From Lytechinus pictus (taxonomy: Eukaryota), in NCBI RefSeq assembly GCF_037042905.1, contig NC_087251.1, forward strand, positions 8,558,001 to 8,622,000: a stretch of 64,000 nt of DNA. Reading direction: 5' to 3'. Positions 1 through 12,649 of the stretch are shown here, piece after piece. Each line of letters begins with the position of its first letter. The stretch's first letter is position 1. Under the pieces are notes generated by a model, which searched no databases, was not told where the DNA came from, and was given only the letters and a program-made list of their open reading frames with translations. Both the position numbers and the translations under genes were made by a program.

Positions 1-661
1 ATTTTGGTTCCAGAATAAATCAAAAGCCTCGCAATTGTGTTGCATTTCTCCACCGAGAGCGTAAAATTTGATTTACTTACAGCTCAAATGATATACAAGT
101 AGATTCGATTCCACTTCCTAATTAGCAATTGACATGCATTGCAATCGATTACAATTGTGTTTCTTGTAACACCCGTTCATCATCTACTCCTTGTACCCGT
201 TTCTTTCTCTCCCCTTCACCTACCCCAGGTACGCTCTCTCTCCAGGACTCGGTAATATCAAATTTCATATGATCTTTTCCACACCTCCACAAACTATAAG
301 CGGATGTGGATAAACTTCATTCATTTAGCACGGCTCGGGCAAACGGTGCCCCTCTTCTAACCCCCTCTCCCCCTCCTTTCTCACATTCTCTCTTTTCTTT
401 TCTTTATTTCTACGGATTCTCTTGTTTATCTTTTCCATTCAACTCCTTGAGTCGCGGCTGTATGAGGCGCCGAATGTACCAATATTATATAGAACAATTA
501 TTTGTTATATAATCATTATTTGTTAAATAATAACTATTATTTATATATAATTTACATTTTATTTGTAAATAACTACTATTATATAAAATATCATTTCTAA
601 TTATTTATATATAATTCCAAGTAATACTTCATTATTTGTAAATAATAATAGTTCGACATTC

Positions 662-1330
662 CATTATTTATAAATAATGATTATTTGTTTTTCATTATTT
701 ATAAATAATGATTATTTGTTTTTCATTATTTATAAATAATGATTATTTGCTTTTCATTATTTATAAATAATGATTATTTGTTTTTCATTATTTATATATA
801 ATGATTATTTGTTTTTCATTATTTACAAATAATGATTATTTGTTTTTCATTATTTATAAATAATGATTATTTGTTTTTCATTATTTATAAATAATGATTA
901 TTTGTTTTTCATTATTTATAAATAATGATTATTTGTTTTTCATTATTTATAAATAATGATTATTTGTTTTTCATTATTTACAAATAATGATTATTTGTTT
1001 TTCATTATTTATAAATAATGATTATTTGTTTTTCATTATTTATAAATAATTTGTTGAGTTTTCCATTATTTATAAATAATGATTATTTGTTAAATAATGA
1101 AAACGTCTACTTCATTATTTATAAATAAGTTTTTCGAGTGCACCATTATTCTCATTATTTATAAATAATCATTATTTAATGTTCGAGTTTTCCATTATTT
1201 ATAAATAAAGATTATTTGTTAAATAATGCCATTATTTATTAAATAATGCCATTATTTATTAAATAATGCCATTATTTATTAAATAATGCCATTATTTATT
1301 AAATAATGCCATTATTTATTAAATAATGGA
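662..1330 (+). repeat. Outer-domain tandem arrays of the fold-back left arm: ~12.5 x 31 bp, then 5 x 20 bp
   Basis: The 31-mer CATTATTTATAAATAATGATTATTTGTTTTT repeats from 662 with period 31; the 20-mer AAATAATGCCATTATTTATT repeats at 1221-1320. Confidence 0.95.
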
Positions 1331-2038
1331 AAACTCGCTATAACATGCAAATGTGGGACCGCCCATGATATGAATATTCATGATGCGATTTCCTTTTTCG
1401 TGATTTTTCTTCACAAATTTTTGTCCATTTCCTCTTCATAATGACATTTCTTGAAGCAATTTTCTAGGGATATGGTCTGATTGTAATATTCTTCATTTTC
1501 TATATAACTTCGTCTTCGTAGAAATATCAAAAAGTGTAATTTTATACGATTTTTCCTACAGTTCACAATCCCCATAGGCGCGCGTGTACGGTAGGGACAA
1601 CCGGTGAATCGACGGAGTGCTCTTCATCGAAATACTACGTTGGTTGGTCCCCGGAAGTGGCGGGCGGAATTTAGCCCGAATCCTCGATGGAAGTCGATCA
1701 AGTGCATATGAGCTGAGAGAGTGAAATATCAGTGTACTTGTACAGGCCCTTCTACTTTTTATAAATATTTCTTGTTGCTTTTTTGGTTAAGTTAATTTTT
1801 CCTGGTGTAGAGATAAGTTTCAGTTCTAATAATGCACTTCAAATACATTTTGGAGTGTCTGTTTGAGGCGTTTGGGGCGATTTCACCCTGGCCCCAAAAT
1901 GCTCGCAACAACAATACGGGGGCATGATGACCCCTAATTTTTTAAAAACTTATTTTTCTATTGAAAATTATCACAAAATTCACCAAAAGTGTGCACGAAA
2001 GCCTTTGTATTTCACTTTTAAAACTCCAAAAAGTGCCC

Positions 2039-2623
2039 AAATGACAAGCTTGGTCGCTTCGCTGTGTCGCTTTCAACTTGAGAACGTTTACGCGTCTGCT
2101 CCCCCCCCCGGCCCCCCTCCTCCGAAAGAAATTCTGTATATGGCCATGCTCTAAAGAGCCTGGCACATTGATTTATGTATACTTTCATTTTCATTATTTT
2201 TATCTCATTATCAACATGGCCTTACGCAGAATTTTTTCCAGGGGGGCCGGGGCCGGAGCATGACGCGCGTAAACTTTCTCAAAAAAATCTTGAAAGCGAG
2301 ACAGCCACGGGAACAAGCCCAAATGACAAGCTTTGTCGCTTCGCTGTCTCGCTTTCAACTTGAGAACGTTTACACGCGTCTGCCCCCACCCCCGAAAGAA
2401 ATTCTGTGAACGGCCATGCTCAAAAGAGCATATGGCACATTGATTTATATGTACTTTTCATTTTCATTATTTTTATCACATTATCATCATGGCCTTACAC
2501 AGAATTTTTACCGGGGGGGGGGGGGGGGGCAGCTAGGACGGGCGTAAAGTTTCTCAAAAAAATCTTGAAAGCGAGACAGCGACGCGACCAAGCTCAAATG
2601 ACAAGCTTGGTCGCTTCGCTTTC
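2039..2623 (+). repeat. ~280-bp direct repeat (2 units plus partial third) forming the centre of the fold-back
   Basis: AAATGACAAGCTT(G/T)GTCGCTTCGCT recurs at 2039, 2321 and 2596, and the downstream sequence of the units is alignable. Confidence 0.85.
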
Positions 2624-3584
2624 TCAAGATTTTTTTGAGAAAGTTTACGCGCGTCATGCTCCGGCCCCGGCCCCCCTGGAAAAAATTCTGCGTAAGGCCA
2701 TGTTGATAATGAGATAAAAATAATGAAAATGAAAGTATACATAAATCAATGTGCCAGGCTCTTTAGAGCATGGCCATATACAGAATTTCTTTCGGAGGAG
2801 GGGGGCCGGGGGGGAGCAGACGCGTAAACGTTCTCAAGTTGAAAGCGACACAGCGAAGCAACCAAGCTTGTCATTTGGGCACTTTTTGGAGTTTTAAAAG
2901 TGAAATACGAAGGCTTTCGTGCACACTTTTGGTGAATTTTGTGATAATTTTCAATAGAAAAATAAGTTTTTAAAAAATTAGGGGTCATCATGCCCCCGTA
3001 TTGTTGTTGCGAGCATTTTGGGGCCAGGGTGAAATCGCCCCAAACGCCTCAAACAGACACTCCAAAATGTATTTGAAGTGCATTATTAGAACTGAAACTT
3101 ATCTCTACACCAGGAAAAATTAACTTAACCAAAAAAGCAACAAGAAATATTTATAAAAAGTAGAAGGGCCTGTACAAGTACACTGATATTTCACTCTCTC
3201 AGCTCATATGCACTTGATCGACTTCCATCGAGGATTCGGGCTAAATTCCGCCCGCCACTTCCGGGGACCAACCAACGTAGTATTTCGATGAAGAGCACTC
3301 CGTCGATTCACCGGTTGTCCCTACCGTACACGCGCGCCTATGGGGATTGTGAACTGTAGGAAAAATCGTATAAAATTACACTTTTTGATATTTCTACGAA
3401 GACGAAGTTATATAGAAAATGAAGAATATTACAATCAGACCATATCCCTAGAAAATTGCTTCAAGAAATGTCATTATGAAGAGGAAATGGACAAAAATTT
3501 GTGAAGAAAAATCACGAAAAAGGAAATCGCATCATGAATATTCATATCATGGGCGGTCCCACATTTGCATGTTATAGCGAGTTT

Positions 3585-4233
3585 TCCATTATTTAATAAA
3601 TAATGGCATTATTTAATAAATAATGGCATTATTTAATAAATAATGGCATTATTTAATAAATAATGGCATTATTTAACAAATAATCTTTATTTATAAATAA
3701 TGGAAAACTCGAACATTAAATAATGATTATTTATAAATAATGAGAATAATGGTGCACTCGAAAAAATTATTTATAAATAATGAAGTAGACGTTTTCATTA
3801 TTTAACAAATAATCATTATTTATAAATAATGGAAAACTCAACAAATTATTTATAAATAATGAAAAACAAATAATCATTATTTATAAATAATGAAAAACAA
3901 ATAATCATTATTTGTAAATAATGAAAAACAAATAATCATTATTTATAAATAATGAAAAACAAATAATCATTATTTATAAATAATGAAAAACAAATAATCA
4001 TTATTTATAAATAATGAAAAACAAATAATCATTATTTATAAATAATGAAAAACAAATAATCATTATTTGTAAATAATGAAAAACAAATAATCATTATATA
4101 TAAATAATGAAAAACAAATAATCATTATTTATAAATAATGAAAAGCAAATAATCATTATTTATAAATAATGAAAAACAAATAATCATTATTTATAAATAA
4201 TGAAAAACAAATAATCATTATTTATAAATAATG
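3585..4233 (-). repeat. Mirror tandem arrays of the fold-back right arm: 4 x 20 bp, ~12.5 x 31 bp
   Basis: Reverse complement of the left-arm arrays, with the same variant units in mirrored order. Confidence 0.95.
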
Positions 4234-4802
4234 GAATGTCGAACTATTATTATTTACAAATAATGAAGTATTACTTGGAATTATATATAAATAATTAGAA
4301 ATGATATTTTATATAATAGTAGTTATTTACAAATAAAATGTAAATTATATATAAATAATAGTTATTATTTAACAAATAATGATTATATAACAAATAATTG
4401 TTCTATATAATATTGGTACATTCGGCGCCTCATAGTATAATACTTTATAGAAGGTCTCTTGCCCCGTTCACTGTAAGCTTACCATACAAAATGGTGTCAT
4501 GGAATTACAAAGTAGAATGAAAAAAAAATCAATACACATTACAAAAGAAATTCTTGTAGCATGATTCATCACATCCATGTCAGGAGACCCATGAGTTTAT
4601 TATAAATAAGATATACTCTGGCATAATTAACTTGCATTAAAAAATAATTACATGTGAAGATGTTCATAAGAAACTCATATGGGGCACTTTGATTTCATAA
4701 TGGATAACTCAAAGCAAAATATGAAAGAGGTTATGGTATTATCATTGTGTATTGATATTATTATCATTATTTTTTCCCCAAAGCTGGTGCTTTAAACATT
4801 AA

Positions 4803-5388
4803 AGGACAAGTCCACTCCAACAAAAAGTTGATTTGAATAAAAAGAGAAAAATCCAACAAACATAACACTGAAAATTTCATCAAAATCGGGTGTAAAATAA
4901 GAAAGTTATGAAATTTTAAAGTTTCGCTTAATTTCACAAAACAGTTATATGCACATCCTGGTCTGTATGCAAATGAGGAGACTGATGACGTCATCCACTC
5001 ACTATTTCTTTTGTATTTTATTACATAAAATATTCTAATTTTCTCCTCATTGCCAAGTGAAACAACGATTAATTCCTCCCTGAACATGTGGAATTAGCAT
5101 TGTTTAATACCATATGGTTCAGTCAAGTTGGTCCTTCTTGTCAAATTTGTAAAAAATGAAATATTGTATAATTCAAACAATAAAAAAGTAAGTGAGGGAC
5201 ATCATCGATCATCTCATTTGCATGTCACTCAGTTGTGTATATCACTGTTTTGTGAAAAATAATCGGAACTTGTAAAATGTCATAACTTTCTTATTTTATA
5301 TCCGATTTTGATGAAATTTTCAATGTTGTGCTAGTTTGATTTTTCTCTATTTATTCAAATCAACATTTTTCTGGGGTGGACTTGACCT
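4803..5388. mobile_element. TTAA-specific MITE, Kolobok-type (AGG...CCT ends)
   Basis: TTAA|AGGACAAGTCCAC ... GTGGACTTGACCT|TTAA, with imperfect TIRs over 100 bp. Confidence 0.8.
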
Positions 5389-8098
5389 TTAAACAACTTC
5401 GTAAGGAGTTTCAGCATAATATTGAATATCAACAGTTCGAGACAAACGTTTATGGGTATTATATCTATTTTTCACATATTGAATGATTTTTTTGTATTCA
5501 CCTAACATCACGATTGCTGGAGTATTGTTTCCTCTTCCAAATAAGAGAGTAGGTTCCAGATCTGATTGTTTGGATATGTTGGCAAAACCTTTTGAAAGAC
5601 ATTATTTCTGGCAAGTTCCCACAACACCTACAGGCATTGCGGACGATTAATTCCCAATGCTATACAACCCACCTAAATTTCAAACATTGCCCAATTACAT
5701 GTTCGTTTCACTGATTTTTCACAATACAAGGTAAAAACATCGACTGAAAAGATCCAAACAATCTTTGTGTACACGTCTGCCCACAAGCACACAATAAGAT
5801 ATGATTATGCATATTATGACCGTCTGTATTTATCTCACAAGAAACCAACATCATGTCAAAGAAACAATTAAAGGACTCTCGAGGGGGGGGGGGTTAAGCA
5901 CCCCTCCTCCCCGCCCCTCCCACTTCTCACCACTACCTACTTCGTCATCATTATTATAAACTATTATAAGACCAATGGTTGGTTCACGTATTTCAATTCG
6001 ACATTGGAACAATGTTAGCAAGGTTGTTTGTTTCTTTTTGTGGAATTTCTATCCGATTTAATGGTGCGTGCATCCGTAAAGAAAAGGCATTCCATGGACA
6101 GAATTTGATAAATCTCAGCAAGGATCAGACCATGTAAAGCGAGTCTATAGTGGATAAATGTCAGCAAAGAGTTAAATGTAGTTTTCTCATCCCCTGATCC
6201 ATGTAGATTTTTTTTCTTCCAGAAAACAATCAATTAGACAACACTAATACCCCCATGTCGACCAACTCCAGGCTCATATTGGCCTACTGTACTATGGAAC
6301 AGAACATTAAGCTGCCAATGGGTTTGGTTTGGATGGAGAGTTGCATTTAGAGACCACTTTTTAAGTTGTCCATATACTCTTGCTGCTTGAGCCTCTATTC
6401 CTCTATGCCACTTATCTGGTTTTAGTATCATGTCGAGACAGCCCCCACTCCGCCCGCCCGTAGAAAATGGAGGCAAAGTAAAGGTACATATACATATTCG
6501 TCGGCGTTCATCCGAACCGTCGTATCGGTCAATTTTGTTTAAAAAAAAAAAAAAAAAAAAAATGAGAGTACAAGTCCTATTCTATTCATAACTAAATTTA
6601 TAGGCAGCAATTTAGTTTTAGTTTTTGAGATATGAGGGGATATGGGTCTTATTTCCTTTCAATTACTTTGAGATTGATAATTACAATTTCTTCACCATGT
6701 TCACGAACAATCGTCACAATTTAGGTAAGCCAAACTCCAAAAGTGTGTCCTCACGTCACAATTTATATTTAATTCGTCTATCATGATTGAAAATCGAATC
6801 ATAATGTGACATCAGATATTGAAAAAAAGATTGTTTGCTTAAATGATAATCATAATATCCAACATCAATACTGCGCCAATGCAGGGAGGCAGACATGCGC
6901 ACAAAAACTGAATACCCCTGTAAATAAATAAATTGTTGCCATTGACCCCCCCCCCTCAAAATTAAATCAACTAGAAAAGTCATCCGTTCAATGTAATAAT
7001 AACGCATTGCCATTATTTTGCAGGTTTACAGAAAGACAGTGATACATTTTAAGTTCAATCAAGTAGGTCGAATATTAAACAACCAAATCTTGAAAACTTC
7101 ATACGGGTTCAGGCTAGCATAGACCAACTATTGTCCATAATCAAATTATAATCGTATTTTCTGCATTATACATTGTGTCTTTTTTTAACGATTCAATGGC
7201 AAAATTCTTTCTATTTATCACAGAGTATAGTGATACTTCTTTGAATTTACCGAATGAAAAAAAAAGGAATTATCTTCAACAAATTCTTCTTTAGCCCTTG
7301 ACATCAAAGGTAAGAGACAACTAAATCATTTTTCTATATTTCGTTGTTTGTATGTCACGCATCAGTTACATCCTAAAGTTTCTCTCCTAAACTTTGAAGA
7401 GCAAAGAATTTAATTGCTGTCATGAACTTTGATGATAAATCAAACCATCCCCAATTGAACTATCCATGAACTATAAAACCTTAAGATTCATTATAAAGTC
7501 AGCAGTTCATCAGAGCATTTCATTTGTTTGAATATCAAAATACATTTTGTACTTTGGTCAGAATATATATATATATATCTATACGATAAAACTAAGTTTT
7601 AGACATAAAAATGACACCGGCTTGTAAAAAAGATGAATCCGATTTCGTCCAAATTTATAAACCTGATTCCAATATCCTTCACATAATTTGTATTTGACTC
7701 GAATCAAATCAGTCAAGATTATGACCATTATTAATGCAAGTTTTATTATGTAAATGTCTCTCCGTGGTATGAATCACGTGCAGTTTTAGATAAAATATCT
7801 CAATCAGCGTATACCGATTATATCCTTACATTTCTAGGCATGATGAATGTATAATATCAATTGCCAAGCAAATAAAACTTGATATTTCAAGTGGCAAAAG
7901 TGGCATCTGGAATCCAATATTTACAAAATTGCTTAGTATTAAATTTACATCCGTCATTGCACACCGCGAATGGAAGCGAATCGCGTCACATGTCTTTAAA
8001 AAAATTGAGGTCCGATGTAAAACGTTCTGGAAGACGCTGATCATACTAGACACTGCACACCTTTGGCAAGATGAATTTCACGTACACAGTTATGTCAT

Positions 8099-9607
8099 TC
8101 ATGTATATAAAGATGGAATGTAAGTCATCCACTCTAACGAGCTACATACACGTAAATCACCCGACGGCGACGACGATGACCTATGATAAGAAGACAAAAC
8201 AGCGTTTGATGTTTTGTATTTCGTGTTAGATTCCCATTTAATAGGTTTGGTTTGCATGACAACTACACACTCTTCTCGACACTCCAACACCTCTGCAATA
8301 CTCGTCAAAAGAATACTCTCTCGACGTCGAAGTAAAGTGGCAGCATCGGGAGAAACCAGAAGACATGCTACACAATGCCTGATGTCGGGTACTGCAAAGT
8401 GAACGCGAGCATCGCCCACTGCGACATGACGTTGGATCTCTCTTGGGACATCACTCACCCATGAAACGTCGACGTCGTCTTCACCTATCGTGAAAAACGC
8501 TTTCAACGCCGTTGAGATTAAATCAGTTTGGACTTCACGTAACAGAGATGACGCCCCATCTACAATCTGCAAAGTTAGACGAAGGCTTATAGAAGCTTCG
8601 TCAAAATGCGAGGCAATCCTGATGTACTTCATGGCTGACTCAATCGTCTCACCGTAATCTTCCAAACTATTCCGGTATGTGTCGTCCTTCTTTCGAGTAA
8701 GAAACTGCCAGAGAGATCTCAATGGCCATGCCTTTGATGCAATTTTCCTATTAACATTTGCGACAAATCTGCTCTTTCTGCTGTTGTTACTACTTAGACT
8801 GGTTGAAGATGAAGTCGATTTGTTCGGTTTTCTCTTGATGGTACTGCGTCTTATTGTGTTGAGGTGCTCTGTTTCGCAGTAAGCAAACGATGAGGTAAAA
8901 TCCTCATTCGACATCAACTCAAAGGAATGGTTTCCTGGAAGATGACCATTCGTGCTCAAGTGGACAGGGGCTTCCTTCATAGAATAATCAGTAAGCACTT
9001 CCTCTACCTGTTCCTCATCGCATTCACTGAACTCTCCTCCGCTGTCGTACTCCTCATCGTGACGATCCATGTCGTCCTTGAAGCCAAGGTCCCATCTAAT
9101 CTTGTGTTTTTTACAACCAGCACTACATATCGGCACCTCCTCTTTGGTATAAGACAAACCATCATCACTGTAAGAGAAGAAAGTTACTTCACCTTTGTCG
9201 ATGTCATCAGTGTCAATGATACAACAGTTCCCATTGGGGTTGTTAGGTATCTCGTAAAACCCAAGATTATCCAAATTCTTCCGTTTCGTATTCGAGCTCA
9301 TCTTTAAGGGACTTGGTTTTAAGGTCTTAAGGAGTCTCAGAGATTTTCTTTTGACACTGCATCTGAAGCTGTGTCTGGAGGTAGGCTCTATTTTGTTCTT
9401 CGTTGGCTGCAATGTTCCATAATGTGTTGCGCTGTTGTTGTTCTTTGGAACGCTATCAGACCCAGTTGTAGAAGAGTCCCCTGACGAATGGCGTCCTGTA
9501 CGAGAAGGCAGCGTGTAGAATTTGCAATCCCTTTGGATCACACCTAAGTCATCAGATCTCATCGATTCAGTCCTCCCGTCTTCCGTTGGCCATTGTATTG
9601 CTGCCAT
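8099..9607 (-). CDS. Uncharacterised 502-aa protein: low-complexity Ser/acidic/basic N-terminal two thirds, probable globular alpha/beta C-terminal region
   Basis: 1.5-kb open frame with higher GC than its flanks. On the minus strand a polypyrimidine tract plus CAG acceptor lies 4 nt upstream of the ATG (exon starts at 9611). No transposon motifs recognised. Confidence 0.8.
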   Translation of the reverse strand: MAAIQWPTEDGRTESMRSDDLGVIQRDCKFYTLPSRTGRHSSGDSSTTGSDSVPKNNNSATHYGTLQPTKNKIEPTSRHSFRCSVKRKSLRLLKTLKPSPLKMSSNTKRKNLDNLGFYEIPNNPNGNCCIIDTDDIDKGEVTFFSYSDDGLSYTKEEVPICSAGCKKHKIRWDLGFKDDMDRHDEEYDSGGEFSECDEEQVEEVLTDYSMKEAPVHLSTNGHLPGNHSFELMSNEDFTSSFAYCETEHLNTIRRSTIKRKPNKSTSSSTSLSSNNSRKSRFVANVNRKIASKAWPLRSLWQFLTRKKDDTYRNSLEDYGETIESAMKYIRIASHFDEASISLRLTLQIVDGASSLLREVQTDLISTALKAFFTIGEDDVDVSWVSDVPREIQRHVAVGDARVHFAVPDIRHCVACLLVSPDAATLLRRRESILLTSIAEVLECREECVVVMQTKPIKWESNTKYKTSNAVLSSYHRSSSSPSGDLRVCSSLEWMTYIPSLYT

Positions 9608-11423
9608 TGAGCTGTGGGCATGATAAAAAAGGAGGAGAAGGTATTATACGGGAGTGAATATAAATCAATACCTCTTACAGAGTATAGAGAGTTACAGTCG
9701 TATACCTCATGGTTGTATAATCTTTTCAAACAATCCAAGACTTTTTACCTTGTTGGGCAACCTCGGCTCCTGGTCATTTTTATATCACATTAATGATCCT
9801 ACATCCTTCTCAAAGCTGCCTTGCCATGTTGCCTTATCTGCATGACCCCATCCGTCTCCTCTGATCGACTAACACAAAATGAGTTGAGCCTTTGCTCGCA
9901 ACAATACAACTGACGAACAAAAGGGATCGCTTTTGGGGGTAGCCCAGATCCAATAGTATAATAGTTGAAAAGCAAGCTCCTTGATTTGTACATGCATAAA
10001 TGGTTTTGCTGAATTTTGTTTTTCTTTTCGATTGGCGGTCGCATGTTCAGTGCAGGAATCTGAATAAATTACAAAGGTATGTGTCTTCACCAGGGTCTCC
10101 ACAAATCAAAATATAGTTCTGATTACTATAAGAACCCAATCTAATCCGATTGACAAGACCAATGAAGTTTATCTCATGAAAGACAAATTGTCATTATTAG
10201 CAATCTTTGAGTTTTATCGTGTACACAAATTTGTTATTCGTTGTAACTGTTGTGTCGCTTACATTCTGTAACTTGCTGACATTGTTATAGATTATAAATA
10301 TTATATTGGTAAGGGCGTCGCTACAGTGGGCAAAATGAGAAAAAGGAGAAGAAAGTGGAAGAAAGACGTTAATAAACAGTGGCAAGATGACACTTTTTTC
10401 AGTTGAATTAAGGGATATAGATTTGACCCATATATCCCCCTTTTTATGATCTTCTTCTTTTAGTTTTCCTTTGTTCCCCCACTACTTGAAAAATAATAGA
10501 TAGCCTCGCCCCCTGCATGTATAATTATAGCTGATTAGAGAAAATAATATATCTTTCTCTCTTTGTCTTGATGAATTGCAAATAAATGACGAAGAGGTAG
10601 TCACCCCTGTATATACCTAAAGACGCACTATACCCCTATATAAAATAATCTTATACGTAAGACATGTGGTTTATTATTAATGTCTCGAAAATAAAAAAAA
10701 TTAGCATTAAAGCGTTCAAAAAGAAAACAATCTAAATGGCACTATAGCAGATGGAGGGCTTAGGACCATGGACTTCCAAAAAATTTCACGACTATGAAAA
10801 AAAAAATAGGAAAGGAAGGAAAGGGAAAGGAAAAAAAAGACGAAATATCTTTTTCTGAATATTATGTCAAAATCTATAAACAAAATATATATATTTTTTG
10901 TAATAAAATCTTTAAAATTTTGGTTCTGACATCTTACCCCATATGCCATGTGTTCCTTCTCAATTTTTTTTGGCTCATTACACTGCCTATAAAAATGGCA
11001 GGGGTGCTAATTTGCACACGAACTCGACCTAAATTATCTGTCAGTTGATTATCCACCCACTATGGTGAGATACAGAATAGCAAGAGGGCTATAACATAAG
11101 AGGTTATTGTGTGTCTCACAGGGCCTCTGGCATATCGCCTATTGTCATTCAAAGATTGATGATTATAATGACGAGCATTCAATGTCGATATAATGTCCGA
11201 ACTTTGAACAACCTCAATCTTTACTTGTCAACAAACAGACCGTAAACATTGTAAACAAGGATATACAATTATTCCTTGAACTACAGACAGCAGACGACAC
11301 AGGCCAATTAATTAAGGCCAAGGTCAAGCATTGTTTATTTAGACCCGGAAGCAAAACGAACTGGTTAATTAAACATCAACATCATGGGAATATCAGATAT
11401 AAACACAATTACGGGCACATTAA

Positions 11424-11872
11424 AGGGGAAGTTCACCTCACAAAAAGTTTATTGTAAAGATAGCAGAAAAAATAATAATGAAAATATTGAAGGTTTTAGG
11501 AAAGTCCATCAAAGAATGCATGAAAAAGTTATTAGAATGTTAATTATTTGAGTTTTGACGTCACATGCGAGCAGCTTTCCTACATTATCGATTAATGTAA
11601 TTTTCTCAGAAAATTAGAAATGGTTTTTATTGTATCTTCCAGTAGGTATCAATACACAAATTCATTTCGAACCCGCTCCTTAAAAGAAAAGAAAACAAAC
11701 AAGTCATCACGAACCATTCAAAAATAAAATCTATGCATTTTATATTATAAAACATATGGGGCAGCTGCTCGTTTATGACATCACAAATCAAAAACTTGAA
11801 ATTCTAGTAGCTAAGGATTTTCCTCAAACTTTCATTATTTTCTATTACTCTTCATCAGGGTGAACTTCCCCT
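11424..11872. mobile_element. TTAA-specific MITE, Kolobok-type
   Basis: TTAA|AGGGGAAGTTCACC ... GGTGAACTTCCCCT|CTAA; homologous to the copy at 14964-16514. Confidence 0.75.
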
Positions 11873-11939
11873 CTAACATTGAAGTTTGAAAAGGATGAGA
11901 AAAACTTAAGAAAATAGAGTAAACGAGAAAAAAGCTGGA

Positions 11940-12200
11940 AAAGAGCAAAGAAGAAGAAGAAGAAGAAGAACTTGAAGAAGAAGAAGGAGAAGAGGAAGAA
12001 GAAGAAGAAGAAGGAGAAAAGGAAGAAGAAGAAAAGGAAGAAGTAGAACTTGAAGAAGAAGAAGAAGAAGGGAAAAGAAAATAAGAATATGAGGAGGAGG
12101 AAGAAAAATAATAAACATGAAAAAAAGGAAGGAAGGAAGAAAATTATATTGATTTAAAAAAGAAGAATAACAAAAATAAAGAAATATGAAGAAGAGATAG
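11940..12200 (+). repeat. Degenerate (GAA)n polypurine microsatellite
   Basis: Runs of GAAGAAGAA/GGA over ~250 bp. Confidence 0.9.
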
Positions 12201-12649
12201 ATTTATCGAGTTGGGACTCGTGTAAAGAGTCAAGGTCATTCATGAGGCTGATGATATTATGTGAGAGAATGTCAAGACATTGTTCCCATGCATGTACTTG
12301 AGTCTACTCTGTTGCTGGTAGAAACAGGATGCACGTCGTAAAGAACGAACATAGCAACAAAGAACCCCATAAAGCCAAGGGTCACAGTTTTGTGCAATCT
12401 GATATCAGTTTCTTCTCGATCATGGTTGATTCAAGTTCACGGGTGGTAAACCACTGTGTTGAATGATCTCATGGAAACAATTAGGCCTATTCGGGCCGTT
12501 CTTGGTTTTTGGGGTAATGGATGATTGAACTAGAATTATTATAAGGAGGAGTGACCACATTGATTTTGTTTAGATGGAGATGGCTAAACTTTTAAACATC
12601 CACATTGGTGATCTACCACCACTCACAAAATATTACCCCTCGGTTATTG

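Larger units (their letters stand above)
461..4434. mobile_element. Fold-back (long inverted repeat) non-autonomous DNA element, about 4 kb
   Basis: 461-2293 is the reverse complement of 2624-4434 (ends TATGAGGCGCCGAATGTACC ... GGTACATTCGGCGCCTCATA). The arms differ by one 20-bp unit, one C-run length and a few substitutions. Either a TA duplication flanks TG...CA ends, or the ends are TATG...CATA. No transposase ORF. Confidence 0.85.

Noticed and set aside
662..1050. 31-bp array as a CRISPR array
   Set aside because: The units are contiguous with no unique spacers, there are no cas genes, and the context is eukaryotic.
1924..2991. Short ORFs in the fold-back centre as a protein-coding system
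   Set aside because: They are mirror images of each other, frameshift at homopolymer runs and show no domain features.
11906..12118. Leu-rich 70-aa ORF as a membrane peptide
   Set aside because: It is the translation of the (GAA)n microsatellite.
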